From Rebecca billardiae RCC1528 (Eukaryota > Protista > Haptophyta): DNA of 64,000 bases. This document shows positions 36,358-47,226 of this stretch, in pieces. The notes beneath the pieces are model-generated. The model worked only from the letters and a program-made list of their open reading frames with translations. It was not told the origin of the DNA and did not search any database. A program made the position numbers and the translations under genes. How positions within the stretch are numbered: position 1 is the first letter of the stretch; the number at the start of each line of letters is the position of its first letter. Where the stretch lies: assembly GCA_965240325.2 (NCBI GenBank), contig OZ251222.1:1922001-1986000 (forward strand). The letters are read 5' to 3'.

Positions 36358-37006
36358 CGATGGCTCCAAAGTCCAAGCGCGCGAACGACGCTCGTCGTCC
36401 GAATCGGGCGCCGCGGCTGGGCCCGCGGCGTGCGACACTCCCGCGACAGCGGCACGGCCACTGCCCCAACGTCCGCTCATCGTCAGAGCCCTGGACTCGG
36501 GACTTGGTCTCAGACTCACGGGGCCCATCATCTGAGTCAAGGCAGACACGGGGCGCCCGACACAATACTCAGCATCTATCATTACAAGCGTCGATCTGAC
36601 TGATTCTGATCAGGCATCAGTGCATCACAGCCGACGAAGCCTTTATTGCGGCGGGCTTCGAGTTTGAGAATTGATAGAGTACTTTGAGTTTGACGAGCCA
36701 GCCGCCGCCGGGCTGCCGCCGCGCGACTCAGCACGGCCTCAGGCCGAGCTACGAGCTGAGAGCATCGTCGCAGATGCCGCAGCGGGGCGATTAGTTAGAC
36801 GACGATGATCGTCAGTCAATCGATACGACGACTTTGTCATCTGACGAGAGCATATACATCAGTAGTAGATGCTATACTGTCCGAATAATCGTCAGTAACG
36901 ACTATTCAGTGAGACTCATTGAATGAGCAGACGACTGACTCGCAGACTCGACTGAGCCTTGCCAGGCACTGACAAACTCGCGCGGTGGCTCCGAGATTGA
37001 CGAGAG

Positions 37007-37690
37007 TTATTCTCCGATACCATCTTTGGCTGACGCCGCCGAGGCGTCCGTACCGCCACCAGATGCAGCTGCCGCTGCCACCACGGGCGCGGCGGCCGGT
37101 GCGGCCGCCCCGCGGTCCACTGCACGTGACGATCCCGCGCCATTGCTTGGGCCCCCTCCAAACATGCGACCGAAGGCGAACTTCTCGGCTGCCATCCGGT
37201 CTTGCTCTTTGAGCCGGGGCTTGAGCGCGTTGAGCGCGACGACGACCTCGCGGTTGGACGGGTCGAGCTTGCGCGCGAGCTCGAGGTCCTCCTGCGCGTG
37301 GTCGAGGTCGCCCAGCTCCATGTACGACTTGCCACGGCGGAACAGCAGCTTCACGCTGTTCGCGTCCAAGGCGAGAGCCTTGGTGCAGTACGACACGCAC
37401 TTCTCGCGATTGCCCAGCTTCAGGTGACACAGGCCCACGTTCGAGAAGTGAACCAGCTTCAGCTCGTTTAGTTGAGCCATCTCCTCGTCCGTCGCGTCCG
37501 ATGCATTGTTCTGTGGCATCGGGAACGAGCTCAGAGCAGACGCGGGATCGCCTCCCCGTGCCTTGTAGCCGTGGACGTACATGTAGATCTTGTGGTACTC
37601 GGCAAGAGCCTGGCGCACCTCGCCCGCCTTGAAGAGGCGATTGCCCTCCTCGCGCAGCGCCCTGGCCTGCTCGATCGCGTCCGCTGCCAT
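37007..37690 (-). CDS. TPR protein (TTC9/FKBP-type TPR domain)
   Basis: ALREEGNRLFKAG, HFSNVGLCHLKL, ALALDANSVKLLFRRGK, ARKLDPSN. ATG at 37690. Confidence 0.85.
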   Translation of the reverse strand: MAADAIEQARALREEGNRLFKAGEVRQALAEYHKIYMYVHGYKARGGDPASALSSFPMPQNNASDATDEEMAQLNELKLVHFSNVGLCHLKLGNREKCVSYCTKALALDANSVKLLFRRGKSYMELGDLDHAQEDLELARKLDPSNREVVVALNALKPRLKEQDRMAAEKFAFGRMFGGGPSNGAGSSRAVDRGAAAPAAAPVVAAAAASGGGTDASAASAKDGIGE

Positions 37691-37968
37691 GGTGTGTTCC
37701 TGGAGCGCCCGGCGGCGGGCCAAGGCGCGACGGCGGGCGGCGGCGTCTGGGAGTCCGGGCGTGCGCAGCGCCACCGGTCGGTTTTGCTGATGAGAAATGT
37801 GAAATATCGTCGCGATATTTTATTTGCAGTCGTGATGACTACACATTTCGCGTCGTCGTCGTTGCTAGCAGATTTTATTTACCGGCTGACGTCGCCTCGT
37901 CTCGCAGCGTCGCGTCTAGTAGACACACAGACCCTCGAACGACACGACGACGCGCTCTGCCTGGGGCC

Positions 37969-39417
37969 CTACCACATGAAGCGCGCGACGGATCCGTCCG
38001 CCCACACGAACGGGCGGTTGAGGAAAAGGCCGAGGGCGAGAGCGTTGACGGCCGCATGCAGGAGGAGCGTCGGGGCCGCCCTCCGCAGGAGTGGCCATGG
38101 CTGCGCGCCGTCGTCACGCACCGCCGAGCGAGCCACCCGCCCGCGCCGCCCGTCCGCGCTCGTGCCCTCAGGCTGCTCGCCGATCAGGGGCGCGTGCAGC
38201 CGGAGCAGCAGGTGCGGCACGCTCAGGTAGCGCAGCTCGAGCAGTGGGGACGGCACGAGCGCGAGCGCCGTGCAGCCGGCGAAGAGGAGCACCCACAGCG
38301 GCGGCTGCGCGCGGAGCTCGCGGTAGAGCACGTGCGCGCACGCGCAGTACGGCACCGCCGCGAGGTACCGGAGCGCCGGCCGGCGCAGCACGTCCTTCCA
38401 CAGATAGAAGGTGAAGTGCCGATTGTCAGCGAGCAGAAACGGGTGGCAGACTGTACCGGAATGCACAAGGCCGAGCGCGGCGCCGAGGGCGAGCGCGGCC
38501 GTCAGCGGGTGCGCGCGCGCGGCGCGGGCGCACGCGCGGAGCGTGCGCCCGAGCCGCGTGCTCCAGCACGACGCATCGCCCATGGCTGCGCAGAAGGCGC
38601 AGAAGTAGAGCAGCTGCGCGCCGTGCGCGGTCGGCACGTGGTTGGCTCGGTCGCCGACGACCACGCCGCCGTTCGCGAGCACAAACGCGCCGAACGCAGC
38701 GAGGAGGAGGAGGAGCGGCGCGAACGGGGCCCAGCCGCGCGGTGCGCGCGCGAGCAGGGCGCGCAGCGCGCGGACGAGATCCGAAGCCGCGTCGTGTCCG
38801 AAGCGCGCCAGCCCACCGCCGCGGCCCTCCACCGCAGGTCGCTGGGCCGCGTCCGGTCGATCGACGCGCAGCAGGCCTGCGCCGAGCACAAACGCGGCCC
38901 ACACGATGGACGTCTGCCGCACGAGCACCGCCAGCCCGAGCGGCAGGGCTGACAACGCGTACGCCCCGTGCTGCGCGCAGAGCAGGCCGAGCAGGACCAG
39001 CAGCGTCGCCGCCGTGTCCGTGTAGTAGAGGAAGTGGAAGAAGAAGCTGGTCGGCAGCATGCTCAGGATGAGCGCGTTCACGGTGAGCGCAAGGGAGCTC
39101 GCCGCCGGGTGGCGACGGCGTAAGATGGCATAGCACGTGGGCAGGATGGCCAGGCCCATCGCCGCGTTCATCGCGCGCAGGGCTCCGACTTCGCAGCCCC
39201 ACGCGCGCGAGAGCAACGCGCTCAGGACGTACACGCCCGGGAACGTGGTGATCTTCGGATCCCAGACCTGCCACTCGCCGCGGCAGTAGGCGGCCGCCTG
39301 CGGTGCGTGGAAGATCTCGTCCATGTACGCCGTCGGCTGCTCGCGGTTCACGCATCGCACAATCGCCGCGTGCACCGCGGCCAGCGCGATGGTCGCGCCG
39401 CGCAGAGCCGCCGCCAT
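37969..39417 (-). CDS. ALG10: Dol-P-Glc:Glc2Man9GlcNAc2-PP-Dol alpha-1,2-glucosyltransferase (ALG10/DIE2)
   Basis: YMDEIFHAPQA..YC, WDPKITTFPG, FFFHFLYYTD, RQTSIVW, NGGVVVGD..NH, HPFLLADNRHFTFYLW, LLELRY and the C-terminal RFMW. Confidence 0.95.
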   Translation of the reverse strand: MAAALRGATIALAAVHAAIVRCVNREQPTAYMDEIFHAPQAAAYCRGEWQVWDPKITTFPGVYVLSALLSRAWGCEVGALRAMNAAMGLAILPTCYAILRRRHPAASSLALTVNALILSMLPTSFFFHFLYYTDTAATLLVLLGLLCAQHGAYALSALPLGLAVLVRQTSIVWAAFVLGAGLLRVDRPDAAQRPAVEGRGGGLARFGHDAASDLVRALRALLARAPRGWAPFAPLLLLLAAFGAFVLANGGVVVGDRANHVPTAHGAQLLYFCAFCAAMGDASCWSTRLGRTLRACARAARAHPLTAALALGAALGLVHSGTVCHPFLLADNRHFTFYLWKDVLRRPALRYLAAVPYCACAHVLYRELRAQPPLWVLLFAGCTALALVPSPLLELRYLSVPHLLLRLHAPLIGEQPEGTSADGRRGRVARSAVRDDGAQPWPLLRRAAPTLLLHAAVNALALGLFLNRPFVWADGSVARFMW

Positions 39418-39504
39418 CGTGGGATTCGTGGCCCAACGGCGGCCAACGCCCGCTTGTGCCGGACGCCATTACGTCGGCTTTTTCCGGAACTCCACCCGGG
39501 CGAA

Positions 39505-40317
39505 ATGGCTGACGACCTTGCCGAGGCCGCCAAGGCGGCGGGCAATGCTTGCGTGCAGCAGGGCGACTTCGTGGGGGCGCTCAGGCACTATACGGAGGCG
39601 ATCGCGCACACGCAGGGGAAGGATCACGCCCTTTGGTCGAACCGCGCGTTCGCCTTCACGAAGCTCGAGCAGCACGCCCGCGCTCTGGCCGACGCCACCG
39701 TGGCCACCAAGCTCGCTCCAAACTGGCCGAAGGGCCATTTCAGGCGCGCCGAGGCACTCAAGGGGGCAGGTCTGCATGCGAAGGCGCACAACTCGTACCG
39801 GCTCGCGAGCGCCCTCGACCCAAGCGACCAGAAGCTGCTCGGCTGCTGTGCCGAGTCAGGTCGGCGCGCGATCGCTGAGCGACAGCAGAACGGCCGCTTT
39901 GCAGCTGTCGGCTCGCTGATTGGTCTCGTGCTCGCGCTCTTACTCCTGGGTGCCGACGCAAGCGCGCGCGGCGCGCTGCCTGCTGTCTCCAGGTCTGGCC
40001 TCACCATCGGCGCCCTCATCTTCCTCGGCATAGTGGGCGGAGGCATCACCTCCGTGCACCTGCAGTCTGTGCGCGAGTCGCGCGTGGCTGAGCCTACTGT
40101 GGACAACGAGCAGTTCGTGCGGATGCAGTTCCCGGGCATGAAGATCTCTGCCGACGCGGCGCGGAAGGTTGCTACGGCAGCGGGCGTGGCTGGTGGTCAG
40201 GAGAGGGACGCGGCTGGTGCGAGCGACCCGGCCCACCCTCCCGGTGGCGGCGCCGAACGCGCGCGGGCGCGCCCCCGAGTCCGCTCGACAAACAAGTCCT
40301 TCCGGAACCGGCAGTAG
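39505..40317 (+). CDS. TPR (STI1-like) protein with two C-terminal TM helices
   Basis: KAAGN..GDFVGALRHYTEAI, LWSNRA, LAPNWPKGHFRRA, followed by two hydrophobic segments. ATG at 39505. Confidence 0.8.
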   Translation: MADDLAEAAKAAGNACVQQGDFVGALRHYTEAIAHTQGKDHALWSNRAFAFTKLEQHARALADATVATKLAPNWPKGHFRRAEALKGAGLHAKAHNSYRLASALDPSDQKLLGCCAESGRRAIAERQQNGRFAAVGSLIGLVLALLLLGADASARGALPAVSRSGLTIGALIFLGIVGGGITSVHLQSVRESRVAEPTVDNEQFVRMQFPGMKISADAARKVATAAGVAGGQERDAAGASDPAHPPGGGAERARARPRVRSTNKSFRNRQ

Positions 40318-40609
40318 ATGACACTGAGGGCAGCCTCCGGTACGCCGCTGAGCGCTGCGCTGGTGGAGACTTGCCCGTGCTCGCCGAGCTCCGCTTCGAG
40401 TGACATGCCATGCACGCGTGACTGTTCCGACTTCCGAGGCTTCACTGAGTAAGAAGCATTGTCACGGGCCCCGCGTGAGCCCCGCCGCGCCGCCGCCCGC
40501 CGTGTCGTGTCTCGTGAGCACTGAGCAGCCAATCAAAATCAAGCAAGCCCAAAAGCCCCAAATATTTGCAGCGGCGGTGAAAACGGACGCACGGCCACCT
40601 CGGTCGGCA

Positions 40610-42568
40610 ATGGATGCGCTGTGTAACACATACGTCTCCTACTTCACCACCAAGTACGTGCAGGTGCGAGACTGGCGGCTCGGTCTGGTGTACTACGCCG
40701 CTGTCTGTCTCTCGGTCATCTATGTCCTCGCTGACGTCATCATCCTGCGCAAGGGCTTCTTGGTCTACGAGCCGGTGATCGGTGTCGTTCGTCTCGACCT
40801 TCGCGGTGATGGCAGCGCGCTCAAGCACCCGTCGTCGTATCCGTACTGTCCCGAGGCCCGGACGAACGGATCGATGGCCGGCCGCTACGCCCACAGCGCG
40901 TCGGTGCTGCCCGAATGCCACGGCGTGCACACGGAGGCGCGCTGCGTTCGAATGGACGAGCACGACATCGTGTTCCCGCCTCACGAGGAGTCGGCCGTGT
41001 TCATTACAACCTCCTTGCTTGAGCTTGATGAAGAGGAGGAGTGTCCGGATAGCGACGACATCGACTGCGTGGGGCGCGAGGTCTGGCGCACGACGTCGTG
41101 CGAGCGCGCGCTCGCGCTGGGCATCGACGACGAGTTTGAGCTGAGCATCGAGCACACGCTCTTCACGCACGCGTCGACCGAGATGGATGGCTCGCTGATG
41201 AGCGAGAACGGCTCGGTCGTCGCCCGGCTGCCCAGGGGCGTGCCGTCCGCGCTGAAGCTTCGCGAGCTGCTAGCCGCGGCCGGCGTGCACCTTGACGACC
41301 CTGGGGGCTGGGACATGGGCAACGGCAGTGCGACGCTCGCAGTGCGCGACACCGGCATCGTGCTCGCGCTGATGATCGAGTACTCGAACATTTACACGAC
41401 CTTCTTCCCGGCGCACGATCCGGTGTACTCGATTCACGTGCGGCGTATGCACGACGCCTCGTTCGCCCTCGACGAGGTCGTGTACCACCCGCGCGCAGGC
41501 GCGGTGCAGGCCTCGGGCGCACCGCGCACGCGCACGGTGCGCCACCGCTCCGGCGTGCGCGTGAAAGCGTTTCAGACGGGCAAGATTGGCGAGTTCTCGT
41601 TCCAGCGGCTGCTGCTCAGCATTGCGTCGGGCCTGGTGATCGTGGGTACCGCGCGCGCCGTGGTCGACGTCCTCGCGCTCTTCGTCCTGCAAGACCGCAA
41701 GCGCTACTACGGCTACATTGTCCAAGAGACGGAGACGTATGAGCAGGTGCGCGCTCGGCGCAAGAAGGCGGAGGACTTGAGAGCCGAGACGCTCGGCGCA
41801 ATGCTCGTGCGGCAGAAGTCGTCGTCCGCGTACGCGCGGCTGGAGGAAGGGCGAGCAAACACGCCGGTCGCGCCGCCGCAGGGTCGCCAAGCCGGCATCC
41901 GCGCGTCGCTTTCGCGTCTGTCCGCACTGGTCGGTCTTGGCGGGCACCCCAGCTTTGCGAGCGCCAGCGCGCGCCGCGACGAGGTCATGGAGCTCTGGGC
42001 CAGCCTCAGGATCCAGCGAGGTTTTCGTGCCTGGCGCGCGTACCGTTCGAGCCTTCCCCAAGATGGCCACCGCAAGCCCCTCGGGACTTCCAGCAGCGCG
42101 CACCATGGCCGAGAGGCACTGCCAACGCCATCGCCCTACGCTCGAGCACAGCTTGCGGCCTCCGGCGGGCTGCATGGAGGTCCTGGCCGCATGCGGAGCG
42201 CCGACCACTACCACTGCGCGCGCAGCGATCGCCGTTCGCCCACACCGGAAGCCGCCGGCAGGGGCTCGTCGCTCTCGCCTGCAAGGGGTCGTTCGCCCTC
42301 GAAGGGGCCGCCAGGATCGCGAGCGCCGCGGCGCTCCGGCGCTCGCAATCGCAGCCCTGGTGGGGGCAAGCGCGCGCATGCGGGCCGCGAGCAGAGACAG
42401 GGCGCGGCGGGTCCGCACGACGGACAAGCAGCTCCGCGTAACGGGCGACCGCCTCGGGCTCGGGCACAGCAGCAGACCGGGTCATCGTCGACATCAGCAG
42501 GGCATCCGATGTTGCCACAGCATCACTCGTCGGCCCTGGGGGCTGATCACCACTACTACGACGCGTGA
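40610..42568 (+). CDS. P2X purinoreceptor-family cation channel with a long C-terminal tail containing an IQ-like motif
   Basis: N-terminal YxTxK (YFTTKYVQVRDWRLG), TM1, Cys-containing ectodomain, VFITT, RDTGIVL..IEYSN, GVRV...TGKIGEFSF, and TM2 SIASGL..VVD. Confidence 0.88.
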   Translation: MDALCNTYVSYFTTKYVQVRDWRLGLVYYAAVCLSVIYVLADVIILRKGFLVYEPVIGVVRLDLRGDGSALKHPSSYPYCPEARTNGSMAGRYAHSASVLPECHGVHTEARCVRMDEHDIVFPPHEESAVFITTSLLELDEEEECPDSDDIDCVGREVWRTTSCERALALGIDDEFELSIEHTLFTHASTEMDGSLMSENGSVVARLPRGVPSALKLRELLAAAGVHLDDPGGWDMGNGSATLAVRDTGIVLALMIEYSNIYTTFFPAHDPVYSIHVRRMHDASFALDEVVYHPRAGAVQASGAPRTRTVRHRSGVRVKAFQTGKIGEFSFQRLLLSIASGLVIVGTARAVVDVLALFVLQDRKRYYGYIVQETETYEQVRARRKKAEDLRAETLGAMLVRQKSSSAYARLEEGRANTPVAPPQGRQAGIRASLSRLSALVGLGGHPSFASASARRDEVMELWASLRIQRGFRAWRAYRSSLPQDGHRKPLGTSSSAHHGREALPTPSPYARAQLAASGGLHGGPGRMRSADHYHCARSDRRSPTPEAAGRGSSLSPARGRSPSKGPPGSRAPRRSGARNRSPGGGKRAHAGREQRQGAAGPHDGQAAPRNGRPPRARAQQQTGSSSTSAGHPMLPQHHSSALGADHHYYDA

Positions 42569-43341
42569 GCTACTGAGCCGCAGCATGATTCGTCGTATCG
42601 CGCGTCACGACGCCGACTGGCGACTACGACGCGCGCGAGGAATCCGGCCCAAGAGGCTGCAGAGACCCAGTGACGAAGACAAAGTCCCGGCTGCGACGAG
42701 TATCGATGATCGACGCAGTAGTGATGACACTCTCAAGCCAGCTGCCACTGATGTAAATAATAAGATCGAAGCCGCTACACTATAATTAATATTTTATTAT
42801 TAATTATACGCGCGTCACTAGCTCTACTAATTACTAAACTGTTTAATATTATTTAATATCGTCCCGGGAGGCTAGCTTTGTACCGGACGACGGCCCCGCG
42901 TCGACGTCGTCACCCATCGCATGCCCAAGCGAGCCTCTAGGGCGACGCGGCGATGACAGATGATGTCGTCGCGCCGCCGAACGATCAGGCGGGGAGCCGG
43001 GCCACACAGACAGCCAGCGACCTTACCGAGCAGAGGGGCTGCGGCGACCGCGGTGCACCTCCTGCAGCGGAGTGAGTGCACCCGTCAGTGGTCCGATGCA
43101 GGCGATCTCCGACTCCCTGCCCAGCTCGGCGCCTTCGTCGTGAGCAGCCCAATGACGCCCGAAGAGCGAGACCTGATGGCCACGATGAGCGGTAATCAAC
43201 CGAGTCCTGCAGGTGCGCTGCTGTACGTGTGCCGGATTGGCAGCGCACCCGGGCACCGGGACTCAGACTGCGCGCCGGGCGCCGCCGGACGGGCGGTTAG
43301 TTAACGCGCGGGACTGCAACGCAGGACTGACTATGCCATCA

Positions 43342-43467
<126 letters not shown>

Positions 43468-44047
43468 GACCGCGTTCCGCGGTCCTTTTCCGTAGAACGA
43501 ACGTAGTTCGGGGCCCGCGGTGGCGGTGCACCCTCCGTCGCAGTCGTCTATTGACAGACCAGTTGCATGCCCGTACAACTAGACTCCAGCGGCGCGCCGC
43601 TGCGCCCCGGCGCCGGCGCCGCGGGCGCGGGCCCATCGCAGCCGCCGGCGCGGCGCCCGGATTGTGTACAGGCGGATGCGACGAGGCGTGATCGACGAAT
43701 AAGCGCGACTCCACGTGCACGCCAGGCCACGTGGAGCTGACAGCCAGGGAACACTGTGCGGGGCCGCGGATTCGTTCGGGCCGCTGCTGCTGACCGCGCT
43801 GTCTGTCGACAGTGTCGTCACCGCGCGCCGCGGCAGCGCCAGGAGTAGTCAGTAGATGATTTGCACTGGTCCGAGTAGGGTTCGACCAGCGCCTGCGCGA
43901 CGGCCGACAGGCGGGCGCGAGGCGTGATCGACGCATGAGCGCAACTCTATCTACGCGGAGCTGACAGCCAGAGGGAGCACTGTGTGTGCCGAGGTGCGAG
44001 GGCACCGGTGATCGTTATTTCGCGCGCCGCGCGTGCACTGCACGGGG

Positions 44048-44548
44048 TCACGGGGTGACACACCTCGGTCGGGCTCGGCACGCGTCGCAGAGGCACGGCC
44101 AGCTCTGGGGACGTCGCGCACCACCGTCGCCCGCGCCGCAGCTCGTCCTCCTAGGTCCGCCCGTCCAGCGCTGCAGACAGACTCGCCGGCGCGGGCCGAG
44201 AGTGAGTGCCGCAAAGCGGCTGCCAGCTGTTGGGCCGGGTGAGGAGGAGGGAGGGAGCTGGCCTGCGGGGCGCGTGGTGAAGTCGGTGATCAGCCGCGCC
44301 GCGCTCCCCCTGCCGAGTGCGCCATCGTCCTCCAGCACGGTGCGGACCTTGCCAAGGATGTTGTAGATCGATCGGCGCGGCACGCAGTACTTCACCGCCG
44401 CAGAGCCCACGTCATGCTTGCGCCTCACGACTGAGATGGCAGCAGCAATGCTCGAGAGCGTGTTATTGCCCCCTTTCGTCGTCACTGCCCCTGAGTCGCG
44501 CAGCATGTTCAACACGCGGAGAGCGCAGTCCTGGTCTGTGTCGCCCAT
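44048..44548 (-). pseudogene. psq/CENP-B-type helix-turn-helix fragment (pogo/Tigger transposase N-terminus-like)
   Basis: IAAAISVVRRKHDVGSAAVKYCVPRRSIYNIL matches the psq HTH pattern A..AV.....S...AA..YGVP.STL. No DDE domain follows. Confidence 0.5.
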
Positions 44549-44623
44549 CGATGTGCGTCGCAAGGCACTCCCTTGGACAGGCTCCGCAGTTGACGACCTC
44601 TTTCACCTCGGCACGTGCCTGTT

Positions 44624-44947
44624 GTAGCTCTCTGATCAAGAACTAGTGCCTTGCGTGCCGGGTAGCTCTCTGATCAGTAGGTTACGACGCGGTGGATTCA
44701 TTCTCCTGATGGCTCATTGATGAATACCATTTGTCGTCACGAAGCGGTGGATTCGTTCTCCTGATGGCTCCTTGATGAATGTAGCTCTCTGATCAAGAAC
44801 TAGTGCCTTGCGTGCCGGGTAGCTCTCTGATCAGTAGGTTACGACGCGGTGGATTCATTCTCCTGATGGCTCATTGATGAATACCATTTGTCGTCACGAA
44901 GCGGTGGATTCGTTCTCCTGATGGCTCCTTGATGAATACCATTTGTC
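44624..44947. repeat. 157-bp x2 tandem duplication with nested sub-repeats
   Basis: 44624-44780 matches 44781-44937. Internal gtagctctctgatca x4 and gcggtggattcRttctcctgatggctcMttgatgaat x4. Confidence 0.92.
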
Positions 44948-45507
44948 AGATGGCGACGATCAGGTAACGAGTGGTATGATAAAGAGTCCGGTCACACGCG
45001 ACCCGCTTCCTCTGCAATCCCAGCTTTCGGCATACGCGGGTACGATACATTATGGCCCGCGGTGAAGATAAATACGATGAGAGTCGTTGCGGCGGCGGCC
45101 GGCGAGGCCATATTTATTTTACTATGGTCACACATGAACGAGAGTCTACCCACAATTACCCTGCCTGGCACACTTGGGCGCGGGTTTCGTTGATTCCTCT
45201 GAATACAAAAGAGCCGGGCGCGACCTTTTTCGACGAGGATGCACCTGTAAGGGAGTCTCAAAATTCGAAACTCGGTCTCCTCCAGCCCTGAAAATCGTCC
45301 CCCGTCCCTTTTTTCTTTGACGATCAAAGATCTTTTTGAAACGTGGTTCGGGCCCGCTGGTGCGGGCTCCACGCTGCGCGCTCCGCCCTGCACCGCGGGC
45401 CATTATATATATGCGAGCCGGATTCTTTAGGCGCCGTCGCTCATACGTCTGAGACCGACTCAGTGAGTTATATTACAAGTAGACGATTCCCTATAAGGCG
45501 CCACATA

Positions 45508-45665
<158 letters not shown>

Positions 45666-45747
45666 CGTCCTGCTCATTAATTATCGCTCAGAATCAGTCA
45701 TGGCCGGGCGCCTGCCGGACTCGCGCGGCTCGACACCGCCACCATCA

Positions 45748-47226
45748 TCAATACGACGAGACCGCTGCAAGGAGGCGCTCCCGCGGCAGCACCTCCGGCT
45801 GCGGCGGTCTGAACGTAAATTCTGGCAGCATTCCAGAGCGGTGAGAGCCGCGGCCCACCGGCTCGCCTCCGCCTCGGCTTGGCTCGCCATGTAGTCTTCC
45901 CGAGAGCAAGGCAAGGTAGCTGGGCAGGGCGCAGAGCCCAGCCGATGCGTCGACGTCCATCCGCGACGGCGATGACGCCAGCATCCACTGCAGCGTCGAC
46001 GGCAGTGCACCCTCTGGCTTCGCGCGGACGCGGTCGCGCGCGGCCACGGGGGCGGGTGGTGACGACGGTAGCACCGGCGGCGTGGACGGCGGTGCGTACT
46101 CTCGCGACACCGTCATAGGGATCACGAATTGCTCCCAGATATCGAGCAGCGGGCCGAAGCCACCGCCAGGGCCTCCTCGCGCGGCCAGCTCGCGGCCGAT
46201 AGCCAGCAGCGCGCCGGCGAGCAGCCGCGCCGGGCGGGGAAAGAGGTGGTGCGTGCGGCGGCTCCACGGCCGCGCTGCCAGGAGCACGAGCTCGACGCAC
46301 GTGCCCTGCAGTCCGCTCGAGTGGAAGCGCGCCTGACGGGCCTTCGCCAGACTGAGCGGCGACGGCGCGCCGGGCCGGCGCGCGGCGCAGATGTCCGCCC
46401 CCTCGCGGAGCAGCGCGAGTGTGCGCTCGGGGGAAGGCGCCGTGCGCGAAGGGAAGAGCCCGACGTAGTGCAGCGGCGTACTCCACTCGTCGGTGCGCGC
46501 CAGCCAGTCGGCGAGCTCCACGTTCCCCGAGCACATCGCCATGTCGCGCACGGACTCGCCTTTCGCGGTGCGCCGCCGAGCTCCGTACGAGGCCAGGACA
46601 AGGGCGGTCTCGACATGCGACTCATGCTCGGGCCGAAGAGAGGCGGGCTGGTGGTGGTGAATGCACACGAGCTCGAGCGCGGTGTGGCCCGCGCGAGACT
46701 GCCAGTTCACGTCTGCCCCGGCGCGCAACAGCTCCTGCACGACGAGCACGTGGCCGCACAGGGCTGACCGGCAGAGAGCGGGCATGCTCGCCTCTCCAAT
46801 TGCGTCGGGAGCCACGTTGGCGTCGAGGAGGAGCCGCACGCACGGGGGTGAGTGCGCATCGGCAGCCGACAGCAGCGCGCTCGCGAGCATGGTGGAAATG
46901 GCCGAGTCGCGCTCAACGCCGCGGATGTGGTTGAGGAGGACTTCGAGGCAGCTCTCGTGGGCGTTACGCGCCGCATGCTCGAACGCGCTCAGCTCGAAGC
47001 GGCCACACGCGTACACGCTGTGGCCCATCTCCAGCAGCATCGCGAGGGCCAGGATGTCGCCGGCACCCGCCGCAATCACCAGCGGCGGCTCGGCGTCGTC
47101 CATCGAAAGGGTGGGACCGTGCTGTCGGCGCAGGAAGCGCCGGATGCAGTCGTTGTGGCCATTGCGGCACGCTTCGGGGAGTGTCGCGCAGCACCTGCTC
47201 GGCAGGGGAGCGTGACGCAGCTTCAT
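45748..47226 (-). CDS. Ankyrin-repeat protein
   Basis: ACRNGH..CI..L, PLVIAAGAG, AARNAH, GHVLVVQELLRAGADVN..GHTAL, STPLHY. C-terminal PWSRRTHHLFP..AR..LL.IG domain. Confidence 0.85.
   Translation of the reverse strand: MKLRHAPLPSRCCATLPEACRNGHNDCIRRFLRRQHGPTLSMDDAEPPLVIAAGAGDILALAMLLEMGHSVYACGRFELSAFEHAARNAHESCLEVLLNHIRGVERDSAISTMLASALLSAADAHSPPCVRLLLDANVAPDAIGEASMPALCRSALCGHVLVVQELLRAGADVNWQSRAGHTALELVCIHHHQPASLRPEHESHVETALVLASYGARRRTAKGESVRDMAMCSGNVELADWLARTDEWSTPLHYVGLFPSRTAPSPERTLALLREGADICAARRPGAPSPLSLAKARQARFHSSGLQGTCVELVLLAARPWSRRTHHLFPRPARLLAGALLAIGRELAARGGPGGGFGPLLDIWEQFVIPMTVSREYAPPSTPPVLPSSPPAPVAARDRVRAKPEGALPSTLQWMLASSPSRMDVDASAGLCALPSYLALLSGRLHGEPSRGGGEPVGRGSHRSGMLPEFTFRPPQPEVLPRERLLAAVSSY

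Noticed and set aside
7824-42568. Calcium-signalling gene cluster (EF-hand proteins, ferlin, P2X, 7TM channel)
   Set aside because: The genes are interspersed with unrelated housekeeping genes and these domains are common in algal genomes, so there is no evidence of clustering beyond chance.
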